A stretch of 47,121 nt of DNA, taken from IMG/VR virus record IMGVR_UViG_3300028840_004790. One strand, 5' to 3'. Position numbers and translations under genes: made by a program. Shown here piece by piece: positions 18,121 through 24,952 of this stretch; position 1 is the stretch's first letter; the number at the start of each line of letters is the position of its first letter. A model generated the notes under the pieces. That model was not told the DNA's origin and made no database searches. It worked only from the letters and a program-made list of their open reading frames with translations. This DNA comes from a virus.

Positions 18121-18473
18121 TACTTCCCCCTATGAATCAACGCATGCCCAACGATCGACCGCCAGGACAGCCGCAACTGGTCCTGCTCACCCTTCCGACG
18201 AATCGTCATCCCGTTGATGCTGAACCCCAGCACCCACGTCGCGTCCTCGATCGCCGGGTCGCTCGACTTGATCGTCACCTCCCGGTAGATCGTCTTGTCC
18301 TTTGGAAATTCCATCTCCTGCTCCTTTCGGTTTCCATTCGGCCCCGCACCGGCAACACCGCCATACTTTATGATCGGTGGTTCCCCAATAACCACACCCG
18401 GCGTGTAGGGTCGGTGGACGCCCTTTGTTAAAAATTCTGTCGTAGTCCTCTTCGGACATTGATACGCCGACAC
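18120..18473 (-). CDS. Hypothetical protein; start uncertain (GTG 18473 or ATG 18314 with AAGGAG RBS)
   Basis: The C-terminal 64 aa (MEFPKDKTIYREVTIKSSDPAIEDATWVLGFSINGM...) are clearly protein-like; the alternative overlapping ORF 18187-18498 has a junk-like C-terminus. Confidence 0.6.
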   Translation of the reverse strand: MSAYQCPKRTTTEFLTKGVHRPYTPGVVIGEPPIIKYGGVAGAGPNGNRKEQEMEFPKDKTIYREVTIKSSDPAIEDATWVLGFSINGMTIRRKGEQDQLRLSWRSIVGHALIHRGK

Positions 18474-18506
18474 TGAATGATTTGTTAAGGTATTTCATAG
18501 TTTAAA

Positions 18507-18636
18507 GGTCGCGGCGCAGGGAATCGAACCCTGATCTCCGGCTCTAACTGCCGGTGCTTTTATAGAGCCGACCAGCGGGCTTCCGTACTGGCCTCCATAT
18601 TTGACTCCGTTGCCCTTCCATTAAGCTACCACCGCG
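18507..18636 (-). ncRNA. tRNA-like RNA (~128 nt) with canonical acceptor, D and T arms but a ~55-nt insertion; candidate anticodon arm displays UUA
   Basis: Minus strand: CGCGGUG/CGCCGCG acceptor (one G.U); D arm UAGCUUAAUGGAAGGGCA; CCGGC-AGUUAGA-GCCGG; 4-nt variable; T arm CAGGG-UUCGAUU-CCCUG; then A-CC. Confidence 0.45.
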
Positions 18637-18693
18637 ATAAAGGGGCCGCTCCAAGGTTCCAGCCTGCGCTGTCCCAATTCGCGGCCAACGAGA

Positions 18694-18766
18694 CTCTGCC
18701 AGAGGGACTTGAACCCCCATTCCGCCCGTGTACACGCGACGGTCTTGCCTGTTAGATGATGGCAGA
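18694..18766 (-). tRNA. tRNA-like gene of canonical length (73 nt); anticodon position reads GUA (Tyr) but the anticodon stem is defective
   Basis: Acceptor UCUGCCA/UGGCAGA is perfect; D loop has A14, G18G19 and A21; T arm GGGGG-UUCAAGU-CCCUC; the stem at positions 27-31/39-43 has only 3 pairs. Confidence 0.55.
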
Positions 18767-18769
18767 GGT

Positions 18770-20227
18770 TCATTTCACACCTAAAGTATACCCTTTTTCT
18801 TCCGACTTGTCAAGCACGAACTCAAACGACCGCCCCTCACTGAACAGCTTCCGGCCGGTGAGCTTCTCGACGAACCGCCGCAACGCCTCGGTCCGGGACC
18901 GGTCCGTGGGCGTGGGCCCGATCGAGAGCGCCGCGGCCAACTCCTGAAGCGACTGGTTAAAGAACACCATGTTGGCGACTTTCGAGAGCGCCACTGGCTG
19001 GCCCCCGGCGTCCTGCACCATGTCCTCGACCAGGACTCGGAGCTCCTGGACCGTGCTGTCGGTCGAGTCGGCCACGTCCGGGTCGTAGTCCGGCTCGAGC
19101 CCGATCGTCTTGGCCGCGGCCCGGGCAATCCACTCGAACTGGCCGAACCTGGACTTGGCATAACTCGTGTCCATCTCGGCAGTTGTGAGTGCGTGGATGA
19201 TCTCTTGGAGCAGCTCCTCTCGGTGCGCTTTGACGTACTCGAGCGGGTGCGGCTTAAAGTACCGGCCGCTCTCGCCGGCCAGGACCACCCGGACCACGCG
19301 ATCGTGCAGGTCGTGCTCGACCGCGGCCCCGTTCATGGTGAAGATCAGGATGGGGTAGTCGAGGACTTCGGGTCGCTTTCCGTAGACTGGTCGGACTGAC
19401 ACAGTTGGGGAGGTAGCTGCTTGAGCCAGTAGTTGTGATCGAATTGCGCGGGTCTGGCCGCGAAGCGGTCGCACATTGTCAACATATATAACATTAGGGC
19501 CAGCGTTTCCACAACTCCCTGCAATTCTTTTCTCGAGCTCTTGTTCACCTCCGGAGAGTGTGAAAGGTGCTTTAATTTGTCCCGTAAGGAGATAGCAAAG
19601 GCTATCAACGAGAGAAGATTTCCCGACCTTTCGGGAGACGCCGTCCACCACGAGGAAAGGGAAGTACGGACAGCTGGCTCTTGCAAAACTTGATAGAATG
19701 TAACCATAGAGGTTGTCCCTATAAATTGGCTCCGCGTACTCGAGCGCGGACAGCCACGCCTTCAGGTGCGGCCCCGGCTTCGGGGTGGTCATCTTACCGG
19801 TGAAGAGGAGTTCGTGGTGGTACCCGGCGTGGGCCTGCACCAGGCGCCCCTCATCGAGGACCGCCGCCGGGAGGTTGTAGAGCCCCCGGGCGAGCGGGAA
19901 CAGTGACAGGAGCTCGCCCTCCAATAGGTTCCCGAGCCACTTGATGTACGGACCTTGTTGAAAGTAGGGCAGGGGTGTGACGGTGCCGTGTTGATTGGCC
20001 CGCCCGAAACAAATCACTCCCATGTCCCGGACCGCCGGGCCGATGCCCCGACGCGGAGCGATCCGGTGGGCGAAGGGGAGCCCGTCCTTGGTGCCGAGGT
20101 GGAGGAAGTTCCCCGCTTCGTCCCGGTAGAACGAACCGTTCTGGTACTCGCGGAGCGCTCGCTCCACCTCGGCCGCCGCGGAGGGGTTCCCGGCGTCAAT
20201 GAGGGAAGTGTCAAGGAAATGGGTCAT
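18770..20227 (-). CDS. P-loop NTPase, primase/helicase-like replication protein (SF3/VirE-D5-like)
   Basis: Walker A 'VSRKVGKSSL', Walker B-like 'NVIYVDNV'; ~190-aa N-terminal domain of unknown type; ATGA overlap with the upstream gene fixes the start at 20227. Confidence 0.65.
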   Translation of the reverse strand: MTHFLDTSLIDAGNPSAAAEVERALREYQNGSFYRDEAGNFLHLGTKDGLPFAHRIAPRRGIGPAVRDMGVICFGRANQHGTVTPLPYFQQGPYIKWLGNLLEGELLSLFPLARGLYNLPAAVLDEGRLVQAHAGYHHELLFTGKMTTPKPGPHLKAWLSALEYAEPIYRDNLYGYILSSFARASCPYFPFLVVDGVSRKVGKSSLVDSLCYLLTGQIKAPFTLSGGEQELEKRIAGSCGNAGPNVIYVDNVRPLRGQTRAIRSQLLAQAATSPTVSVRPVYGKRPEVLDYPILIFTMNGAAVEHDLHDRVVRVVLAGESGRYFKPHPLEYVKAHREELLQEIIHALTTAEMDTSYAKSRFGQFEWIARAAAKTIGLEPDYDPDVADSTDSTVQELRVLVEDMVQDAGGQPVALSKVANMVFFNQSLQELAAALSIGPTPTDRSRTEALRRFVEKLTGRKLFSEGRSFEFVLDKSEEKGYTLGVK

Positions 20228-20553
20228 CGCCGGTTCCCACACCGGGTACAGAGACGCTCCGTCTTCGGATCCAGGTTGGGTTCCGTGTGCTCCCGGACGT
20301 ATTCGGGCTTGACCTCGACCTTCTTCTCCACGAGTCGGTACGTGTTGACCCCCGTCGAGAGTGAGCCGATCTCGAAGATCTCGTCCGTGTCCGGCGACCG
20401 TCCGAGGGCCAGACCAGCCAGTACCACTTCCGCCGCGGCATTGTTCCAGACCACGTCTTCAGCGATCAGACCTGGGCCATACGTGCGGCGCCTCGGTTCC
20501 TGCTCCGAAATCCCAAGTTGGTTGTCCAGCCCGTCTCTGAAAATATACAGCAT
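20224..20553 (-). CDS. Hypothetical protein (109 aa)
   Basis: ATG 20553 preceded by GGAGGT RBS; MLYIFRDGLDNQLGISEQEP...; C-terminal CTRCG. Confidence 0.65.
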   Translation of the reverse strand: MLYIFRDGLDNQLGISEQEPRRRTYGPGLIAEDVVWNNAAAEVVLAGLALGRSPDTDEIFEIGSLSTGVNTYRLVEKKVEVKPEYVREHTEPNLDPKTERLCTRCGNRR

Positions 20554-20623
20554 ATTTACCTCCTGTGTGCTGCCCACACCAAGAAGATCGGGTGGGCGAC
20601 CAGAAAAACCACGATACATAAGA

Positions 20624-20860
20624 TTAACATATTCTGTCCGAAAAGCAAGCGAAAAATTCCTCCAGGGTCAGGTGCGTCCACCACTCCCAGTCCCCCTGGA
20701 GGAACATGACGGCCACCGTGAACGGCTTGGGCCGACACACCACCTCGTCCCCCTCGCACCAGGCAATGGCGTGGCGCCGGATCGCGTCCCGCATCGCCAG
20801 GACATGGAACGTGTTGTGTTGGACCCCGGGCACGCTCGTCGCTGAGGGTGTAGAAGCCAA
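20624..20860 (-). CDS. Hypothetical protein; 5' end unresolved (frame switch with GTG 20876)
   Basis: The C-terminal ~60 aa are coherent (FHVLAMRDAIRRHAIAWCEGDEVVCRPKPFTVAVMFLQGDWEWW...); upstream, the coding signal sits in another frame. Confidence 0.45.
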   Translation of the reverse strand: MASTPSATSVPGVQHNTFHVLAMRDAIRRHAIAWCEGDEVVCRPKPFTVAVMFLQGDWEWWTHLTLEEFFACFSDRIC

Positions 20861-20872
20861 TGTCTTCGAGCT

Positions 20873-21016
20873 TCACTCCGGTTCCTCCGACCAGGTCACC
20901 TCGAACTTGTCGCCAGGCAGGGCGTACAGGTCCTTAATCTTGAGCCGCCGGCCGCCGATCCTGGCCCGGGCGTAGTACAGCTCCTTGGCGAGCTCTTGTG
21001 CGGTGCGGACGTTCAT
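20873..21016 (-). CDS. Hypothetical small protein (47 aa) MNVRTAQELAKELYYARARIGGRRLKIKDLYALPGDKFEVTWSEEPE
   Basis: Not in the ORF track (<60 aa); ATGA overlap with the upstream stop, and its stop forms a GTGA overlap with the next start. Confidence 0.5.
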   Translation of the reverse strand: MNVRTAQELAKELYYARARIGGRRLKIKDLYALPGDKFEVTWSEEPE

Positions 21017-21318
21017 GGCTTTACCTCCCTGTAGGGCATCTCGGGCGCCTTGTCAGGCTCCAGGAAATAGGCGCCTTTTTGTAGTTTGGACTGCCTGGTC
21101 AGTCGATAGTGGAAGTCGGCCCCCAGCACCGCACGGAGGCACTGACGGAACGCTTCCGCGTGCGGGACGCCCCAGGCCCGGGCCAAGTAGTCCAGGGCCT
21201 GGCGCTCCACGTCGCTGAGCTTCAGGTTCCGGGGGCGCCCGCGCCGGTGCGGTGGCCGGCGCTGGGCCCCGGGGTGTCGGCGGTGCTGGTCGGCGATGAA
21301 GTCGGACAGGACGCTCAC
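21013..21318 (-). CDS. Hypothetical protein, possible ribbon-helix-helix-like DNA binder
   Basis: GTG 21318 forms a GTGA overlap with the upstream stop; 'RNLKLSDVERQALDYLARAWGVPHAEAFRQCLRAVL'; the longer ORF-track N-terminus looks out of frame. Confidence 0.5.
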   Translation of the reverse strand: MSVLSDFIADQHRRHPGAQRRPPHRRGRPRNLKLSDVERQALDYLARAWGVPHAEAFRQCLRAVLGADFHYRLTRQSKLQKGAYFLEPDKAPEMPYREVKP

Positions 21319-21560
21319 GGCCGGGCACCCAAAAAATCCTCGGCCAGGTGCTTGGATGCGACCAGCCCGGCGCCGGTCAGGGTCCGGATCAGTTTGATTG
21401 CAGAGATTTTCCGGCCCGCCTTGAGCTCGACGGCGATCTCTTCGAGCGCGGCGATCGGGCATTGGGCCCGAGAAAGGAGCATGAGCTCCAAAGCAGTCTC
21501 TCGTATTGCGGTCGGGCAATCGTTACAGCCGGTCAGGATGAAACGGCACACCTCGTCCAT
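21315..21560 (-). CDS. Small protein with ribosomal protein bL12 (L7/L12) C-terminal-domain-like segment
   Basis: 'KAGRKISAIKLIRTLTGAGLVASKHLAEDF' aligns with E. coli bL12 '[30 protein letters not shown]'; ATG 21560 preceded by GAGGAG. Confidence 0.6.
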   Translation of the reverse strand: MDEVCRFILTGCNDCPTAIRETALELMLLSRAQCPIAALEEIAVELKAGRKISAIKLIRTLTGAGLVASKHLAEDFLGARP

Positions 21561-21562
21561 AT

Positions 21563-22171
21563 TTACCACTCCTCGGCTTCTTGCTTGGTCATGAAAAAGT
21601 GGATCCCCGGTGCACACTCGACACGGGGATCGTCGGAAAAATCGTGGGCCTTCACAATTTGGCCCTTTATGTAAGTTAGTTTCCTTGAGTGGGTAGGGGA
21701 AATCCCGGCACCCTCCAGGACTTTAACAAAAGAGGCCCGGCACTTACGCCCTACCAACGACGAGCACCTCTTAGCGCGTTTTGGGATCCGGATCTTGATC
21801 ACGGCCTTCCCACCCCGGTGGTGGACTGCCTTCCAGGCGTCAAAGGCGCCGGTTTCGGGACAGATTTTGTAGTGGGGGAGTTTGGCCCCATACAGGTTGG
21901 CCTCGCGCAGGCTGGCCTCGTGCAGGTTGGCTCTGCGCAGGTTGGCGCCGCTCAGGTCGGCCTCGTACAGGATGGCTCCGTACAGGTCGGCCTCGTACAG
22001 GTTGGCTCCGCACAGGCTGGCTTCGTACAGGTCGGCCTCGCGCAGGTCGGCTCCGCTCAGGTTGGCTCCGCGCAGGTCGGCTCCGCTCAGGTTGGCTCCG
22101 CGCAGGTCGGCTCCGCGCAGGTCGGCTCCGCTCAGGTTGGCCCCCGGTTCGATTTTGTACCCGTTTTTCAT
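21563..22171 (-). CDS. Pentapeptide-repeat protein with a conserved C-terminal domain
   Basis: ~17 consecutive A(D/N)LxG/E pentapeptides ([20 protein letters not shown]...), then '[11 protein letters not shown]...[14 protein letters not shown]'. Confidence 0.85.
   Translation of the reverse strand: MKNGYKIEPGANLSGADLRGADLRGANLSGADLRGANLSGADLREADLYEASLCGANLYEADLYGAILYEADLSGANLRRANLHEASLREANLYGAKLPHYKICPETGAFDAWKAVHHRGGKAVIKIRIPKRAKRCSSLVGRKCRASFVKVLEGAGISPTHSRKLTYIKGQIVKAHDFSDDPRVECAPGIHFFMTKQEAEEW
21878..22141. repeat. 15-bp periodic tandem repeat (coding, = pentapeptide repeats), including an exact 30-bp duplication
   Basis: Unit caggt[ct]ggc[ct]ccg[cn]g; 22041-22070 and 22071-22100 are identical (cgcaggtcggctccgctcaggttggctccg). 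Confidence 0.9.
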
Positions 22172-22188
22172 AAGTCACCTCCAGTAAG

Positions 22189-22217
22189 AGTATACAACAT
22201 TTTAGACTGGTGGTCAA
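22189..22217 (-). promoter_or_regulatory. Sigma70-type promoter TTGACC-17-TATACT for the pentapeptide-repeat gene
   Basis: The minus strand reads TTGACCaccagtctaaaatgttgTATACTcttactGGAGGTgacttATG. Confidence 0.6.
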
Positions 22218-22491
22218 TCGAAAAATAACGATTTACAGTGCGGCGGGGATTTTCCTATATTATATATTCCCTGTCTTTAATTAAACGGGGGAAGGGGGGA
22301 GAGTATCCTACTCCCCGCCGCACCATAAGTCGTTTGTTTCCGTGGTCAGTCACTCAAAACCTACCAATATGGGTAGTATACCAAATCTTGACACCGTGTA
22401 ATTTTTACCTGGTTAAGAGACCGTGGGAGGATTCGAACCTCCATAGGTCCATAGCTCCCGGGGCCGGGCCCCCAACCCACGCTCCCCGGGC

Positions 22492-23187
22492 TTAGTTCAG
22501 CTGGTATTCGGGGACAATTCCGGCGGCCAGCTCCTGGTAGTGGTCCGTCACGAGCTCCCCCACGGCCCGCTCGAGCGTGGGCGAGTGGGTGTCGGTGAAG
22601 GCCTGTAGCACCGCCCAGGGGCCGGGGATCCACCTGTTCTCGAGGGAGTACCGGGAGAACCGGGGCAGGACCTTACCCAAGAGCTTCGGGTACCCGCCGA
22701 GCAGGCAGTGGATCCAGCGGCGGCCCAGGTTGTTACTTATGACGGGCCGGAGGGCCTCGATACGGTTCGCCATTTCCACGGCCGGGGCCAGCAGATCCTC
22801 CAGGAACTCCCAGGGCCTCTCATTGAACCGCTTGATGTCCGCCCCGCAGTGGTGGAGCCGGATCTGGTTCGCACTCGTGAACTGGTTGTAGCATGCCATC
22901 CTCAAGGCGCCCGGTGCGATCCGGACCGAGCGCTTACCCGCGTGATCAAAGGCAATCTTGGCGGTTGCCCTGTAGTCCCCGAGGTTGCCCCCAGGGAGCC
23001 GCGCCTCCAGGAAGGCCTGGCGGCCCCTGATCTGCCGGGAAACCCCATAGCCGCGCCCCTCGAGCTTCTTAGCTATGTCCTCGGGGCAGCAAGCGGTGTA
23101 GTTCTTGTGGGCAAGTTTTTCCTCAGCTTCGAGGAGGCCCAGTGAGTTCCGAACGAGACGGTTCTGGTGGGATACGACATAAAGCAT
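22492..23187 (-). CDS. Hypothetical protein (231 aa), possibly DUF932-like
   Basis: ATG 23187 with GGAG RBS; 'RIAPGALRMACYNQFTS' is reminiscent of DUF932 phage/plasmid proteins (weak recall only). Confidence 0.4.
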   Translation of the reverse strand: MLYVVSHQNRLVRNSLGLLEAEEKLAHKNYTACCPEDIAKKLEGRGYGVSRQIRGRQAFLEARLPGGNLGDYRATAKIAFDHAGKRSVRIAPGALRMACYNQFTSANQIRLHHCGADIKRFNERPWEFLEDLLAPAVEMANRIEALRPVISNNLGRRWIHCLLGGYPKLLGKVLPRFSRYSLENRWIPGPWAVLQAFTDTHSPTLERAVGELVTDHYQELAAGIVPEYQLN

Positions 23188-23208
23188 GTTTTTGCTCCTT
23201 TCACTACC

Positions 23209-23237
23209 AGTGTAACACATAACCGTAAAATTGTCCA
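23209..23237 (-). promoter_or_regulatory. Candidate promoter TGGACA-17-TACACT
   Basis: The minus strand reads cTGGACAattttacggttatgtgtTACACTggtagtgaaaGGAGc upstream of ATG 23187. Confidence 0.4.
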
Positions 23238-23267
23238 GAAATATCCAAAGCCCCGCCCACGTTCCGG

Positions 23268-23420
23268 TTACGCCTCCTCGTAGGCTTTCATGTCCGGTCT
23301 GACTACGTCGCGGCCCGTGTCCTTCACAAGGTCGCGGATCCGTTCCAGGGCGTCAAGGACTTCCTGGTCCTGGTCGTTAATGACGTCTTGAATCAGGTCG
23401 AGTGCAACATGATCGTCCAT
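23268..23420 (-). CDS. Hypothetical acidic small protein (50 aa) MDDHVALDLIQDVINDQDQEVLDALERIRDLV...
   Basis: Not in the ORF track; ATG preceded by AAAGGAG; clean acidic helical sequence. Confidence 0.45.
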   Translation of the reverse strand: MDDHVALDLIQDVINDQDQEVLDALERIRDLVKDTGRDVVRPDMKAYEEA

Positions 23421-23491
23421 TGCTATACTCCTTTGCGTATAATGGTTAACGATACGGACTTGCGTATAAATCTGTTACGCCCCCAAGCCCA

Positions 23492-23692
23492 CTACGTGTG
23501 CGCTTTCAGGATCTCTAAAACTTCCCAGAGAAGATCGGTACCTTCCTCGTCCGAGTTTTCCCAGTCTCTTGGAGGCACTCTTGGTTTGGACAAATCCTCC
23601 TCACGGCGACAAAGTGAACTGCGGTAAGCTGCCCAATCTTTCATGCGGGCAACCAGTTCTTTCCTGATCGGTATCAACATGTGGTCGCTCAT
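23492..23692 (-). CDS. Hypothetical protein (66 aa)
   Basis: ORF starting 3 nt after the GP88-like stop. Confidence 0.55.
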   Translation of the reverse strand: MSDHMLIPIRKELVARMKDWAAYRSSLCRREEDLSKPRVPPRDWENSDEEGTDLLWEVLEILKAHT

Positions 23693-23694
23693 AG

Positions 23695-24390
23695 TTACCT
23701 CACAAATTGTACCGAACTCTTGACCGCGGCGCCCTTTGCCTTCAGGCCCACGATCACGCCCTTGGGATCCAGCCAGCGGGCGTCATGGGTGTCTCCGTCG
23801 ATCACGGGCACATGTCCGTGTTCCATTTCGAGTCCGGGTGGTACGTCGTGGAATACCATGGCGACGGTTCCTCCCCACCGTAGTATAGCGCTCAAATGCC
23901 TTGAACTACTTGGACTGGCAGAAAAGGTCAAATGATAGTTCTTTGGGAAAACAGAAGTTCTGCGCCATTCTTGGTATCTCACTAACCCTTTGGTGTAATC
24001 GTAAAACTGTACGTCAGGGTGTTCGGTGAACAGATCCGGAGCGATACGTTCCCACCTCAGATCCGACAGGCCGTTCAGGCGTACCGCAACGGGTTTGCCC
24101 AGTCGCTTTCCCTTGCGTTCCAGGACCGTGATATCCTTGTGCAGCTGGGCAACGAACCCGGCCCTGTCGTTCTTGAACCATTCCGTACGACGCACCCTTG
24201 CGGCCCTGGCACTGTCGAACTTGAGGCGCCCGGACGTATTCAGGCATGTTGCCTCACACCCATCCGCATACGGACAGGTATTCATGCACCCTGACTCCTT
24301 GTGCGGCGCCAGGAACAGTACCGCAGTAAGGTAGCCTGTGCCCTTGTTGGTCTTGGCGATCTTCGCGCTGGATTCACTTAGTAGCTTCAT
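23695..24390 (-). CDS. GP88-family (mycobacteriophage gene 88-like) protein, function unknown
   Basis: 'KLLSESSAKIAKTNKGTGYLTAVLFLAPHKESGCMNTCPYADGCEATCLNTSGRLKF...ARVRRTEWF' follows the family N-terminal pattern as I recall it; start at the second Met behind GGGAGGT. Confidence 0.6.
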   Translation of the reverse strand: MKLLSESSAKIAKTNKGTGYLTAVLFLAPHKESGCMNTCPYADGCEATCLNTSGRLKFDSARAARVRRTEWFKNDRAGFVAQLHKDITVLERKGKRLGKPVAVRLNGLSDLRWERIAPDLFTEHPDVQFYDYTKGLVRYQEWRRTSVFPKNYHLTFSASPSSSRHLSAILRWGGTVAMVFHDVPPGLEMEHGHVPVIDGDTHDARWLDPKGVIVGLKAKGAAVKSSVQFVR

Positions 24391-24515
24391 AGTACCTCCC
24401 ATATTGAGTCATAGCCATAGAACACACGCCGCGCAGCCATGATAGCCATGCGGTGCGACAGGCCGTCCTGGCGCAGGGCCCAGTACACGAGACAGGCAGC
24501 CATGGTATGCTTCAT
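24387..24515 (-). CDS. Hypothetical small protein (42 aa) MKHTMAACLVYWALRQDGLSHRMAIMAARRVFYGYDSIWEVL
   Basis: GGAGCAAACT-ATG RBS; its stop forms an ATGA overlap with the next gene; first gene after the promoter. Confidence 0.5.
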   Translation of the reverse strand: MKHTMAACLVYWALRQDGLSHRMAIMAARRVFYGYDSIWEVL

Positions 24516-24554
24516 AGTTTGCTCCTTTCGTTTTTTGTTTTTTCGAGTCAAGCA

Positions 24555-24583
24555 AATTTACCATGAAAGCAAGGTTTTGTCAA
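24555..24583 (-). promoter_or_regulatory. Sigma70-type promoter TTGACA-17-TAAATT with an A/T-rich upstream element
   Basis: The minus strand reads cttaaaaaattttTTGACAaaaccttgctttcatggTAAATTtgc, 39 nt upstream of ATG 24515. Confidence 0.55.
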
Positions 24584-24595
24584 AAAATTTTTTAA

Positions 24596-24628
24596 GAACA
24601 AAAAAGAAAAGGATTTAGGGCGGCGCCC
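24596..24628 (-). terminator. Short GC hairpin plus T-rich tract (terminator candidate) just upstream of the promoter
   Basis: The minus strand reads GGGCgccGCCC followed by taaatccttttcttttttg. Confidence 0.4.
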
Positions 24629-24750
24629 AACAAATTAAAATTTATTTAATAGAATGCAAGAATTAGGCCAAGAATTAAATCTGTTCCGTAACAGGGCCAG
24701 ATACTGTAGTGTGGTGTGGTAGGTTGGTCCCGGTGTGGTATGGTGCTGGT

Positions 24751-24805
24751 GCTGGTGCAGGGCTGGTGTAGGGCTGGTGCAGGGCTGGTGCAGGGCTGGT
24801 GCAGT
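24751..24805. repeat. Five tandem 11-bp repeats (iteron-like)
   Basis: gctggtgcagg / gctggtgtagg / gctggtgcagg / gctggtgcagg / gctggtgcagt, preceded by a degenerate ggtgctggt. Confidence 0.9.
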
Positions 24806-24952
24806 GCTTGTACAGATACAGAGCCTGTATGTACCAGAATTTGACAGATTCACCAGTGTATGGAAATCATACAGGCCTCCGGCCCAGCGCCCTGTTCCTA
24901 CTGCCTAAGTCCTGTCCTGGCCTGCACCTGGCGCTGTGCACACAGCAGTGCC

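Noticed and set aside
18187-18498. 103-aa ORF (MKYLNKSF...CGYW...CCRCG) as the gene next to the tRNA-like region
   Set aside because: Its C-terminal half is D/G/R-rich junk overlapping the better-supported 18120-18473 frame. Its N-terminal Cys-rich 55 aa could still be a short real ORF, but this cannot be decided from sequence alone.
21689-22228. + strand ORFs and the regular 15-bp repeat considered as a CRISPR array or a separate gene
   Set aside because: The repeats are contiguous with no spacers, and they are in frame with the minus-strand pentapeptide-repeat protein. The + strand translations ([10 protein letters not shown]...) are mirror images of that repeat.
22419-22442. T-arm plus 3' acceptor-like element tested as a third tRNA or as an attP core
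   Set aside because: The only 5' partner (GAGCGTG) has a mismatch, and no D or anticodon arm can be folded from the 35 nt in between. No integrase is present in the complete genome, so an att function is unsupported. It is kept only as part of the structured-region finding.
24635-24853. 72-aa ORF (and + strand 24799-24999) within the non-coding repeat region
   Set aside because: The sequence is generated by the 11-bp tandem repeats (PALHQ... periodicity). There is no RBS, and promoter and terminator signals flank the region instead.
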